Shown here piece by piece: positions 41,768 through 51,043 of a stretch of 64,000 nucleotides of DNA. A model generated the notes under the pieces. The model saw nothing but the letters and a program-made list of their open reading frames with translations. It was not told the origin of the DNA and did not search any database. The stretch spans positions 17,534 to 81,533 of the forward strand of contig CAZSXW010000006.1 of the NCBI GenBank assembly GCA_964610385.1, read 5' to 3'. Position 1 is the first letter of the stretch; each line of letters begins with the position of its first letter. The stretch is from an uncultured Actinomycetota bacterium. GTDB lineage: Bacteria; Actinomycetota; Humimicrobiia; Humimicrobiales; Humimicrobiaceae. Both the position numbers and the translations under genes were made by a program.

Positions 41768-42553
41768 TTATGAACCTTCTTCATTTTTTATATCAGAAGA
41801 TAAACTTATAGAATTGTCGTTTCCCCCGTAACTTCCTATCGCAGTCATGACCCCGTTTTCAAATACTATATCATCATCGGTCCCAGATTCTTTATCTACT
41901 CCGTTACTCTGTAAAGTATATTTTATTCCATCGGATATATAACTGTAAGGATTGTCCCATAAATCATGAGTAGAAAGATTTTTAATATATCCCTTACTCG
42001 TCAATTCATCCAGGCCTTGTTTGGTGGTCGGATAATAGTTATCATATGCGTTATATATTTCAAATCTAATTATGAATATTATGACCAGGTACATGGTAAC
42101 AAAATAAAAAACATTGACAATAGCCATGTTCGGGATGCGCAAAATGTAGCCATACTTACTATCTGAAACATTGACGCTTCTAGTTATTAGAATTACCGCA
42201 CTTATTATAAGAGCAGGTATATACATAATCTGTTGTAAAAGTCTACTCGTTTTTGAAAGCTCGGTCTCTAAAAAACTAATAATAAAACAGAGTAAAGATA
42301 TTGGTGAAAGGAATAGGAATACGATTAATATTTGTGAAGATATAAAAGCTATTTTATACAAGGATGTTGATAAACTGATGAAGGTCAGAGCAGATACAAT
42401 AAAAATAACAAGACTATATATCAGGAAATAAATAATTGCCTTTACTTCTCTTCGTCTTAAATGTATATAGTATATAAGTGCGCTAAAGGCGATAGAGTAT
42501 ACACTTAGTACATATGACAATAAAACAAAAATATTAGTATTTGAAAATAACAT
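41768..42553 (-). CDS. polytopic membrane protein with C-terminal type II secretion pseudopilin (GspG-like) domain
   Basis: C-terminus YDNYYPTTKQGLDEL...LWDNPYSYIS.G..Y.L.S.G.D...GTDDDI matches the GspG signature (YPTTEQGL...DPWGNPY...DDI). The N-terminal 160 aa hold about 5 TM helices and there is no prepilin G/FTLIE cleavage motif. Confidence 0.45.
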   Translation of the reverse strand: MLFSNTNIFVLLSYVLSVYSIAFSALIYYIHLRRREVKAIIYFLIYSLVIFIVSALTFISLSTSLYKIAFISSQILIVFLFLSPISLLCFIISFLETELSKTSRLLQQIMYIPALIISAVILITRSVNVSDSKYGYILRIPNMAIVNVFYFVTMYLVIIFIIRFEIYNAYDNYYPTTKQGLDELTSKGYIKNLSTHDLWDNPYSYISDGIKYTLQSNGVDKESGTDDDIVFENGVMTAIGSYGGNDNSISLSSDIKNEEGS

Positions 42554-42779
42554 GGTTAAATATTAATTATGTATATTAATATAATTTACTTTGTGGTCTT
42601 TAACTATTGCTTTTTTAAATATTTCCTCTTTTATCATAATAAATGACATTTTTGCCGAATGAATTTAAAATTATGGTATTGCTTAATAAATGAATTCTAA
42701 TGAAGTACAATTGAAAAGTGTAAATTAAATTTGTATAATGCAGTGTATTTTCCTGTTAAGTATTTTGTAAGGAGGAAGA

Positions 42780-43592
42780 ATGCTTGGACCGGAAGATTTT
42801 TTTGATTTATCGCAAACCCAGTTTAAAGGGCTTTTTGAAGGTATTGAATATGTTTGGGATGCCCTGAAGAAAATTGAGGGATATATCAGAGGTAATATTA
42901 AGCCAAATGTTTCTGGCATTAGAAAAGGTAAGGCATTTATAAATAAAACTACAGTCTTATATGATGGCGGAGTGATTGAATCGGGATTTGATATAAGTTT
43001 TGTAAAAAAGAGATTGATAATAAAAAGCGGAGGCAAAATCTTGGATGGGGCAAGTGTGGTGTATGCCGGCGCAGTCCTTATGGATGATGAGATATGTATA
43101 GGGAAAGGTACGGTTATGGAGCCGGGTGTATTAATAAAAGGCCCGGCTATTATCGGCGATAATACCGAACTAAGACAGGGAGCCTATTTAAGAGGTGATA
43201 ACCTGGTTGGGAATGACTGTGTAGTAGGGCATGCGACTGAGGTGAAATCCAGTGTAATACTGGGAGGAAGTAAGGCAGGGCACTTTGCATATATAGGAGA
43301 CAGTATCCTTGGAAAGGTAAATCTTGGAGCGGGAACGAAACTCGCAAATTTGAAGATAATCGAATCCGATATAGTGCTGAATATTAAAGGTAGAAGATAC
43401 GAAACTGGTTTAAGGAAGTTTGGAGCAATACTTGCAGACGGAGTAGAAACAGGGTGTAACAGCGTTACGGCTCCAGGGACTCTGCTGGGAAAAAACGTCC
43501 TTTTATACCCCAATACAACTGCAAAAGGTTATCACTCCCCGAAAACAATAATCAAATTGAAGCAGAGACAAAAGTCAGTTCAAAGGAGGTAA
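42780..43592 (+). CDS. left-handed beta-helix (hexapeptide-repeat) acyltransferase, GlmU C-terminal-domain-like
   Basis: Repeated [LIV]G-x-x-x-x hexapeptides; sits immediately upstream of glmM with a 4-bp gap. Confidence 0.55.
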   Translation: MLGPEDFFDLSQTQFKGLFEGIEYVWDALKKIEGYIRGNIKPNVSGIRKGKAFINKTTVLYDGGVIESGFDISFVKKRLIIKSGGKILDGASVVYAGAVLMDDEICIGKGTVMEPGVLIKGPAIIGDNTELRQGAYLRGDNLVGNDCVVGHATEVKSSVILGGSKAGHFAYIGDSILGKVNLGAGTKLANLKIIESDIVLNIKGRRYETGLRKFGAILADGVETGCNSVTAPGTLLGKNVLLYPNTTAKGYHSPKTIIKLKQRQKSVQRR

Positions 43593-43596
43593 AAGT

Positions 43597-44946
43597 ATGG
43601 GAAAATTATTCGGAACAGACGGAATAAGGGGAGTTGCAAACGAGTACCCGATTACTCCTGATATGGCTATGCAGATAGGGCAGGCTACCGCATATATATT
43701 AAAAAAAGAAGGGCACCGCTCAAGAATCGTAATAGGTAAAGACACCAGGCTTTCCGGTTATATGATAGAAAGTGCTCTGGTATCAGGTATATGTTCAATG
43801 GGGTCAGATGTGATACTTGTAGGGCCCGTACCCACACCAGGTATTGCTTTTTTAACAACAAATTTGGATGCAGATGCAGGAATAGTGATTTCTGCTTCAC
43901 ATAACCATTATAAGGATAATGGGATTAAAATTTTCTCAAAAAACGGTTATAAGCTAACAGATGAAGAAGAGAAGAAAATTGAAGATTTGATATTTTCAAA
44001 AAAACTTCCCACTTTTCTTACGGATGCTGAAAGTCTGGGACGTGCATTCAGAGAGGAAGATGCAAGTGGAAGGTATATAGTTTTTCTGAAGCATTCATTT
44101 CCCAGAAATCTTGATCTTGAAGAAATAAAGATTGTGCTTGACTGCGCCAATGGTGCTACATATAAAGTTGCCCCTACACTTTTCAGGGAGATGAGAGCGG
44201 AAGTTGCTTCTTTGAACGTTGACCCTGATGGGGAGAATATTAATCTTAATTGCGGAGCGCTTTACCCGGAAGCTCTGGCAGAAGCAGTAGTCGGAGATAA
44301 AGCAGATATAGGACTTGCTTTCGATGGTGACGGAGACAGACTGATAGCGGTTGATGAAAAAGGAGATATAGTCAATGGTGATAAAATAATCGCCATATGT
44401 GCAAATAGATTAAAAGAGGAAGACGTATTAAAGAATAACACTGTTGTTACAACAGTGATGAGCAATCTTGGTCTTTCTATTGCATTTAAAGAGATGGGAA
44501 TCAGGCATGTTAAGACTAAGGTCGGTGACAGATATGTGCTTGAAGAAATGTTAAAAAACGGCAGCGTGATCGGCGGAGAGGATTCGGGTCATGTCATCTT
44601 TAAAGAGCATCATACAACGGGTGATGGTATTCTTACTGCACTTCAGCTTCTGTCGGTTATGAAGAAGGAAAAAAAGCCGCTTTCAGAGCTGGCTAAAATA
44701 ATAAAAACATTCCCGCAGGTTTTAATAAACGTAAAAGTAAAAAGGAAAGCACCACTTGAGGAAATACCGGAGCTCAGGAACGTGATATCAAAAGTTGAAA
44801 AGGAACTTGGTGATAAAGGCAGGGTTCTTGTAAGATATTCCGGTACCCAGTCTATATGCAGGGTAATGATTGAGGGTCCTACAAAAGATAATACCGAGAG
44901 ATTTGCTAAAGAAATTGCTCGGGTCGTAGAAGATAAATTAAATTAA
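43597..44946 (+). CDS. glmM: phosphoglucosamine mutase GlmM
   Basis: N-terminal GTDGIRG, active-site Ser loop GIVISASHN, Mg site FDGDGDR and the GEDSGH sugar-binding loop. Confidence 0.9.
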   Translation: MGKLFGTDGIRGVANEYPITPDMAMQIGQATAYILKKEGHRSRIVIGKDTRLSGYMIESALVSGICSMGSDVILVGPVPTPGIAFLTTNLDADAGIVISASHNHYKDNGIKIFSKNGYKLTDEEEKKIEDLIFSKKLPTFLTDAESLGRAFREEDASGRYIVFLKHSFPRNLDLEEIKIVLDCANGATYKVAPTLFREMRAEVASLNVDPDGENINLNCGALYPEALAEAVVGDKADIGLAFDGDGDRLIAVDEKGDIVNGDKIIAICANRLKEEDVLKNNTVVTTVMSNLGLSIAFKEMGIRHVKTKVGDRYVLEEMLKNGSVIGGEDSGHVIFKEHHTTGDGILTALQLLSVMKKEKKPLSELAKIIKTFPQVLINVKVKRKAPLEEIPELRNVISKVEKELGDKGRVLVRYSGTQSICRVMIEGPTKDNTERFAKEIARVVEDKLN

Positions 44947-45056
44947 GCAAAATAATTTACGGTCTTCCGTAATTCTGCAGAATTAATAGTATAAAAATGT
45001 TGTGATTTTGATCTATGATAAAATAAAAAAACATTTTAAAATGTGGGCAAGGGTAT

Positions 45057-45902
45057 TTGTATAACATGAGTGATTTCAAAAATGATTTGGGCGATATAAA
45101 CGTAGAAGACAACGTAAGTGATTTCGCCGGATTGATTGACAGCAGATATATTAAAAAAATCGATAAGGTAATAAGGGATATCGAAAGCAAAACGACAATA
45201 GAGGTAGCGGTTATTACCATCGATTCACTAAGGGGAGAACCGATTGAAAAGCTTGCATTCCGGCTGTTTAATAAATTCGGAGTCGGTAAACAGGATATAA
45301 ATAACGGGATCCTCATTTTACTTTCAAGAAACGATAATAAATTCAGAATCGAAGTAGGCCTCGGTCTGGAGAAGATAGTGACCGATGATCTGCTAAAGAA
45401 TCTAAAGCAAAACTTTATACTGCCGAGCTTTAAATATAAAAAGTTCGGGAAGGGCATACTGAAGTTCGTTGATGCGATATCCGATAAAGTCAGTGAAAGC
45501 TGGTCCAGCAGGCTGTCAATCGCATCTTTGGCTTCAGGGATACTCTCAGGGATTTATAGTATCGTTACAATGATATCGCTTTTTATTTTATACCTGGGTG
45601 ATAAATATGGGGCTTATCCTTACGGTACTTCAATAGTATATGGACTGGAAAACCTTTTATCCGCTGCAGCATGGTGGATTTATTTTTCAGTATGGAATCT
45701 GATATTTTTTGTTTCTGTGCCCTCTCTAGTTGCAGTAATATGCGGTATTATCGACCTGGTGCATATAAAGAAAGGTATTTCTGAAAAAGTAAGAACGAAG
45801 TTGGATATAGCAGGCATATTGCTTGGCCTATCTCCTATTGTTGTCGTGGGGATATTTTTTATTCCTATAGTATCCAGGCTGGTTTCAACGATACCGGGGT
45901 AG
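45057..45902 (+). CDS. TPM-domain (YgcG/TLP18.3-like) membrane protein
   Basis: TPM pattern (DFAGLIDSRYI..ID..I...E..T..E.AVITIDSL.GE....A..LFN..G.GK...NNGILILLS...NKFRIEVG.GLE) plus C-terminal TM helices. Confidence 0.65.
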   Translation: MYNMSDFKNDLGDINVEDNVSDFAGLIDSRYIKKIDKVIRDIESKTTIEVAVITIDSLRGEPIEKLAFRLFNKFGVGKQDINNGILILLSRNDNKFRIEVGLGLEKIVTDDLLKNLKQNFILPSFKYKKFGKGILKFVDAISDKVSESWSSRLSIASLASGILSGIYSIVTMISLFILYLGDKYGAYPYGTSIVYGLENLLSAAAWWIYFSVWNLIFFVSVPSLVAVICGIIDLVHIKKGISEKVRTKLDIAGILLGLSPIVVVGIFFIPIVSRLVSTIPG

Positions 45903-46323
45903 AGTTAAATTGAAAATTTTTAAAGTTTTTTACTATGACCATTTTATCTCCAGTTGATAAGAGTATATGGTAAAGATTTCCTATTTTTTGCCTCCTAATC
46001 TTTAGATTTAAGCTTCTCAATTTCTTCGGCTATCTTTTCAAAGGAATCAAATATACAATTGACTGTCTTATAAGTAAAGTCGCAGTGGAAAATATTGGGC
46101 TTGGTGCAGACATCCTTGAATTTTAGCTCACTCATAACTATAAACCTCTGAGTATTTAGATATTCAATTAATTTACTCATCTTTCTTTCCTTGATTAACT
46201 TTTTTTAAGACGATTATATCAGAATATGTAATTTTTTTTACATACTTGATTAAATTACACTTCTGATTTTTAAAAATAACTTAGTAAATAAATATTAAAA
46301 AGAGCAGTAAAGGCTGAAAATTG

Positions 46324-46352
46324 TTGACAAAGTTATTATTTAGTATTAATAT
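46324..46352 (+). promoter_or_regulatory. sigma70-like promoter TTGACA-N17-TAATAT
   Basis: Seen in the sequence: -35 at 46324..46329 and -10 at 46347..46352, just upstream of the Fur-box-like repeats. Confidence 0.4.
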
Positions 46353-46357
46353 TCTTT

Positions 46358-46391
46358 GATAAATATTATCATTATCATTATCAATATCAAT
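46358..46391 (+). promoter_or_regulatory. Fur-box-like array of ATTATC/GATAAT hexamers
   Basis: GATAAATATTATCATTATCATTATCAATATCAAT. Its first 19 nt match the classical Fur box GATAATGATAATCATTATC at 16 of 19 positions. It overlaps the transcription start and start-codon region. Confidence 0.45.
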
Positions 46392-46395
46392 ATGA

Positions 46396-47376
46396 TTGAA
46401 CAGCATGGACGACAAAGAGAGAGCCATAAATTTCTGGAAAGATAAAATTAAGGCCAGCGGTTTTAGGTTTACTGAAACTAGAAAAGCAATTCTTTATACT
46501 CTAATAGAGAATCCTGGAGAATATAATATAGAAGAATTACATTCTTTAGTTTGTGTCAAATATCCAAAAATCGGGATTGCTACAATTTACAGGGCTATGA
46601 AACTAATGGAGAAAATAGGTTTGGTAAATAAATATTATGATAATGAGAACATTAGATCTAATTACAGGCTTAATAATATTAGGACTTCAAAAACTTTTAA
46701 AAATTTTCAAAAGATGGAACAACATAGTTCTGTTCTAAAGAAAAATCATAAAACTGATTCACGAGATTACCATGATGTGCTCTCATTATCCGATACGGGT
46801 AGTAATTATAAGGATTTAAGGGAACCTGAAAGAATAAAGACACTCGAAAGACAGATGTCAATATGGTTAAAGGATTTAAATAAATTAAAAAGAGAAAAGG
46901 AGATAACATTGGAAGATATGGTCAAGGACCTGACAAAAATTGATGAGATTCTCAAAAACCACGGTAATGAAAGAAGTAATCTAATTCAGATTCTGCTGGA
47001 TATCCAGAAAGATTGCAATTGGCTCCCAAAACATGTTTTATTTTATATTAGCGATAAATTAAAAATACCACTGACTAATGTCTATAATATTGCTTCGTTT
47101 TACAAGTATTTTAATTTAGAACCCCAGGGTAAATACAATATAGTAGTATGTATGGGTACTGCCTGTTATGTAAGGGGTAGTATGAATCTGCTGCAGAGGA
47201 TTGTGAATGTTCTGGGAGTCGATCCGGGAGACACTACTAATGATTTAAGATTTACATTAGATACTGTTAATTGTCTGGGGGCTTGTGCCCTGGGGCCGGT
47301 TATGATGGTGGGAAATAAATACTATACAAATCCTTCTACCAAAAAATTAAAGCAGATATTTAGTAAATTTGATTGA
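46396..47376 (+). CDS. fusion protein: N-terminal Fur-family winged-helix DNA-binding domain plus C-terminal NuoE-type [2Fe-2S] thioredoxin-like ferredoxin domain
   Basis: N-terminus FTETRKAILYTLIENPGEYNIEELHSLV...KIGIATIYRAMKLMEKIGLV matches the Fur/PerR DNA-binding domain. C-terminus CMGTAC...CLGAC carries the NuoE Cys pattern. Alternative ATG start at 46405. Confidence 0.6.
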   Translation: MNSMDDKERAINFWKDKIKASGFRFTETRKAILYTLIENPGEYNIEELHSLVCVKYPKIGIATIYRAMKLMEKIGLVNKYYDNENIRSNYRLNNIRTSKTFKNFQKMEQHSSVLKKNHKTDSRDYHDVLSLSDTGSNYKDLREPERIKTLERQMSIWLKDLNKLKREKEITLEDMVKDLTKIDEILKNHGNERSNLIQILLDIQKDCNWLPKHVLFYISDKLKIPLTNVYNIASFYKYFNLEPQGKYNIVVCMGTACYVRGSMNLLQRIVNVLGVDPGDTTNDLRFTLDTVNCLGACALGPVMMVGNKYYTNPSTKKLKQIFSKFD

Positions 47377-47442
47377 CCTTATGGTAAATAGTTATGACAA
47401 ATAAGATAGATTTAAAGTGACATTTTTGAAAAAGGGGTAATT

Positions 47443-49380
47443 ATGGCTATAAAAACGAATAAAAGGGTAATAAACTCGCCAGAAGTATTAAAGGAAAGAG
47501 CGAAAGAACTTGAAAAAGAATTAGAGAACAAGATCATTATTTCTATCTGTTCAGGGACAGGCTGTAAAGCCCTATCATCAGATAATCTTTTCGATGCCCT
47601 AAAAAAGGAAATAGGAAAAAGAAATAAAGAAGAAATAAAAAAAATAGTATTAAAGAAGACCGGGTGTCACGGATACTGTGAGAGGGGTCCTATTATAGTA
47701 ATACAGCCACAGGGGGTATGTTATTTGGGAGTAAGTGAAAAAGATATCCCTGAAATAGTAGAAAAAACTTTGAATGGGGAGATTATTACTTCACTACTTT
47801 ACAATAATGACGAAGGAAATACTATTAAGAATGAATCAGAAATTCCATTTTATAAATATCAGCAGAGAATCATTTTAAGTAATAATTCAAAAATAGACCC
47901 TGAAAGTATTGAAGATTATATAAGAGTCGGAGGTTATCAAGCTATGGCAAAGGCTCTTAAAGAAATGACTCCGGATGAAATCTTAAACGAAGTAAAAAAG
48001 TCTAATCTTAGAGGAAGAGGAGGCGGCGGTTTCCCTGCAGGAATAAAATGGGAAACGACAAGGAATACTCCTTCGGATCAGAAATATATAGTTGTCAATG
48101 CTGATGAGGGAGACCCTGGTGCTTATATGGATAGATCCCTACTGGAGGGCAATCCACATGGTGTTCTGGAAGGACTTATTATAGGAGCATATGCCATAGG
48201 AGCGAGCAGGGGTTATGTCTATGTTAGACAGGAATATCCACAGGCAGTAAAGAATATAAAAACGGCAATCGAACAGGCCAGGGAATATGGTTTTCTTGGT
48301 AATAATATCTTTGGTTCTGGGTTTGATTTTGATGTTATGGTCCATAGAGGTGCCGGAGCTTTCGTTTCCGGTGAATCCAGCGCACTTATGGCGGCAATTG
48401 AAGGAAATGTAGGTGAACCAAGACTTAAATATACCAGAACCGCAGTTAGTGGATTATGGGGAAAACCAACTAACTTGAATAATGTTGAGACCTGGGCAAA
48501 TGTACCATATATCATTAAAAATGGATCAGAATGGTTTACAAGTATCGGTACCAAGAAAAGCCCCGGAACAAAGATCTTCTCTCTGGTCGGGAAAGTCAAT
48601 AATACCGGGCTTGTCGAAGTGCCTATGGGAATATCCCTAAGAGATATTATATTTAAAATTGGGGGAGGAATAAAGAACGGGAGAAAATTTAAAGCAGTTC
48701 AGACAGGAGGACCTTCGGGTGGAGTTTTACCTGATAATTTAATTGATCTTCCGGTTGATTTCGATGAACTGGATAAAGCTGGGTCAATGATGGGTTCTGG
48801 CGGCATGATAGTCATGGATGAATCGGATTGTATGGTTAATGTAGCTCATTACTTCTTAAAGTTTTTGGCTGATGAATCATGTGGCAAATGTGTTCCATGT
48901 CGCGAAGGATTAAGGCAAATGCTTTATATCTATGAAAGAATAATGAATGGTAAAGGAAAAGAGGAAGACTTAAAACTTTTAGGAGACCTTTCCATTATGA
49001 TGAAAGAAGCTTCAATGTGTGCTCTTGGTACAACTGCTCCAAACATTGTGCTGACCACCCTGAAATATTTTAAAGAAGAATATGAAGCTCATATATACTA
49101 TAATATGTGCCCAGCAAAGGTATGCAAGCCTCTGGTGACTTATATTATAGAGAAAGAAAAATGTGCAGGTTGTGGAAGTTGCGCCAAAGTGTGCCCGGTA
49201 AATGCGATAGAGGGTGAACTAAAGAAACCTTATGAGATAAATACTGATATATGTATAAAATGCGGGTCATGTATTGAGGTCTGTCCGTCAAAATATAATG
49301 CGATTGTCAAGAAGACTGGTATTGTTGAAAAGGTAAAAGCGGAAAAGAAGGAAGTCAAAGATGGACTGGAAGCCACCTAA
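47443..49380 (+). CDS. NuoF/HydB/HndC-like NAD(P)H-binding flavoprotein with N-terminal Trx-like 2Fe-2S and C-terminal 2x[4Fe-4S] ferredoxin domains
   Basis: GGGGFPAGIKWE and CGKCVPCREG motifs; C-terminal CAGCGSCAKVCP and CIKCGSCIEVCP. Confidence 0.85.
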   Translation: MAIKTNKRVINSPEVLKERAKELEKELENKIIISICSGTGCKALSSDNLFDALKKEIGKRNKEEIKKIVLKKTGCHGYCERGPIIVIQPQGVCYLGVSEKDIPEIVEKTLNGEIITSLLYNNDEGNTIKNESEIPFYKYQQRIILSNNSKIDPESIEDYIRVGGYQAMAKALKEMTPDEILNEVKKSNLRGRGGGGFPAGIKWETTRNTPSDQKYIVVNADEGDPGAYMDRSLLEGNPHGVLEGLIIGAYAIGASRGYVYVRQEYPQAVKNIKTAIEQAREYGFLGNNIFGSGFDFDVMVHRGAGAFVSGESSALMAAIEGNVGEPRLKYTRTAVSGLWGKPTNLNNVETWANVPYIIKNGSEWFTSIGTKKSPGTKIFSLVGKVNNTGLVEVPMGISLRDIIFKIGGGIKNGRKFKAVQTGGPSGGVLPDNLIDLPVDFDELDKAGSMMGSGGMIVMDESDCMVNVAHYFLKFLADESCGKCVPCREGLRQMLYIYERIMNGKGKEEDLKLLGDLSIMMKEASMCALGTTAPNIVLTTLKYFKEEYEAHIYYNMCPAKVCKPLVTYIIEKEKCAGCGSCAKVCPVNAIEGELKKPYEINTDICIKCGSCIEVCPSKYNAIVKKTGIVEKVKAEKKEVKDGLEAT

Positions 49381-49439
49381 ATTCCATTTAAATGATTAAA
49401 GTGACATCAAGTTTAATTTATTAAATAAAAATTTCAGGA

Positions 49440-50066
49440 GTGGAGACTATGAATAAAAAAATAAATACGGATGAAAAAAAAGTCAATATAGTTATAGATG
49501 GCGAGAAAATACGAATTGAAAAAGGAAGCACTTTGATGCAGGCAGCCAAAAAACTCGGAATCCATATCCCTTCTCTTTGTTATCATGAGAAAATAAAGCC
49601 GCATGGTGCTTGCAGATTATGCATAGTTGAAATAGAAAAAAGAGGAAAGTCAAAAATAGTTGCCTCATGTGCTTTTCCTGTTGAAGAAGGACTAATAGTA
49701 CATACTGAGAGCCCCAAGGTAGAACAGATAAGGAAGAATCTCGTAGAACTCTATATGGCATTATTCCCTTTTAACCTGGAGATTAAAAGATTGGTAAAAA
49801 AATACGAACTAGTTTCAACCAGATATAAAAAAGAATATAATTACTGCATACTTTGTGGCCTTTGTGTAAGATACTGTGAAGAGGTAAAGAAAAATAACGC
49901 TATTGGATTTGTAGGTAGGGGAATAAATAAAAAAGTGGTATTCATACCTGAGTCAGCATATTTTAAGAAATGTAAAGACTGTATGGAATGCATGGATATC
50001 TGTCCTACAGGAGTATTTCCATCGAATTATGGGATAGAAAGAATACCTCAAGTCAGCGACTTATAA
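49440..50066 (+). CDS. NuoG/HydA N-terminal-like ferredoxin (2Fe-2S plus 4Fe-4S), with no catalytic domain
   Basis: Cys pattern C.......C..C ... CILCGLCVRYC ... C..C..C characteristic of the N-terminal domain of NuoG/FdhA/[FeFe]-hydrogenase large subunits. Only 208 aa. Confidence 0.6.
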   Translation: METMNKKINTDEKKVNIVIDGEKIRIEKGSTLMQAAKKLGIHIPSLCYHEKIKPHGACRLCIVEIEKRGKSKIVASCAFPVEEGLIVHTESPKVEQIRKNLVELYMALFPFNLEIKRLVKKYELVSTRYKKEYNYCILCGLCVRYCEEVKKNNAIGFVGRGINKKVVFIPESAYFKKCKDCMECMDICPTGVFPSNYGIERIPQVSDL

Positions 50067-50188
50067 AATACTATAATATAATCAAGCTTTAATATCTTCT
50101 ATACTGCATTGATTTATTTGATGGTATATCATTTCTAATATTAAAAATCTGTTTACTTTCCAAAAAATGTCTGAAAGCTGCCCGATAC

Positions 50189-50217
50189 TTGACTATTAAG
50201 CCTATTTTATTTATATT
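50189..50217 (+). promoter_or_regulatory. sigma70-like promoter TTGACT-N17-TATATT
   Basis: Seen in the sequence upstream of the Fur-family gene. Confidence 0.35.
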
Positions 50218-50220
50218 AAT

Positions 50221-50250
50221 TGATAATAGTAACAATTATTACTATCGATA
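50221..50250. promoter_or_regulatory. Fur-box-like imperfect palindrome TGATAATAGTAACAATTATTACTATCGATA
   Basis: GATAAT ... ACTATC inverted arms immediately downstream of the putative -10 and about 60 bp upstream of the Fur-family start. Confidence 0.35.
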
Positions 50251-50309
50251 GATGTTCAGTTTTTATTTTTAGAAGGTTAATAATATAAAAAATATAATAG
50301 ATTAAGAAA

Positions 50310-50798
50310 GTGGCAAAAGTATCTAAAGAAAATCTAAATAATAAGCATATTAGTTTTTATAAGGAAAAATTAATAAAGGCTGGATATAAGCTTACCAAAT
50401 CCAGGGAAGCAATAATTAAGATTATGGGGGAAACTTTTAAATTATATGATGCAGACAGCCTTTATCTGGAATTGAAAAAAGATAATCTTGATATTGGTAT
50501 TGCTACAATTTATAGAACACTGGAACTTTTAAGCAGACTTCAGATAATTTGTAAGATCATATTTGGCAGCGGGAAAACGTATTATATGCTTGCGGAAAAT
50601 TGCCATAAACAGACTTCCATATATATGGTTTGCAATAATTGTAAAAAGATTATTACTAATAATAAATGCCTTAACAATTCTATAGTAATAAGACTCAAGG
50701 ACAGCGCTGAGAAAGACATTCTTAATAACTGCAATCTTAAAATAGATAACTACCAGATTCTATTTACCGGCCTCTGTGATGAGTGTAACAAAAGCTGA
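50310..50798 (+). CDS. Fur family transcriptional regulator (Fur/PerR/Zur type with two CxxC)
   Basis: DNA-binding-domain pattern LTKSREAIIKIM...IGIATIYRTLELL, plus CNNC and CDEC structural-zinc motifs. Confidence 0.7.
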   Translation: MAKVSKENLNNKHISFYKEKLIKAGYKLTKSREAIIKIMGETFKLYDADSLYLELKKDNLDIGIATIYRTLELLSRLQIICKIIFGSGKTYYMLAENCHKQTSIYMVCNNCKKIITNNKCLNNSIVIRLKDSAEKDILNNCNLKIDNYQILFTGLCDECNKS

Positions 50799-51043
50799 TT
50801 CAATTATTCATATTTAATTATCTTACCTATATACGAGTAAAGTAATTTACACATTCTATAATCCTTAAACAAGCTTTGAAAACTTTTATCAATAATCAAA
50901 TTCGTTAGAAATGTAAACTTTCCTAAATTATTTCTTACCTACTATATTTATTCTATGCTAATATCCTCTTTCTAAACAAATTAAATAAAAAAATAGTATA
51001 ATTAATGATAACGGATTATTAATAATACGTCTTGATGGTGTAA

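Noticed and set aside
45995-46180. 61-aa minus-strand ORF upstream of the Fur-NuoE operon
   Set aside because: No Shine-Dalgarno sequence and no family resemblance. It sits in an AT-rich promoter region and is probably non-coding.
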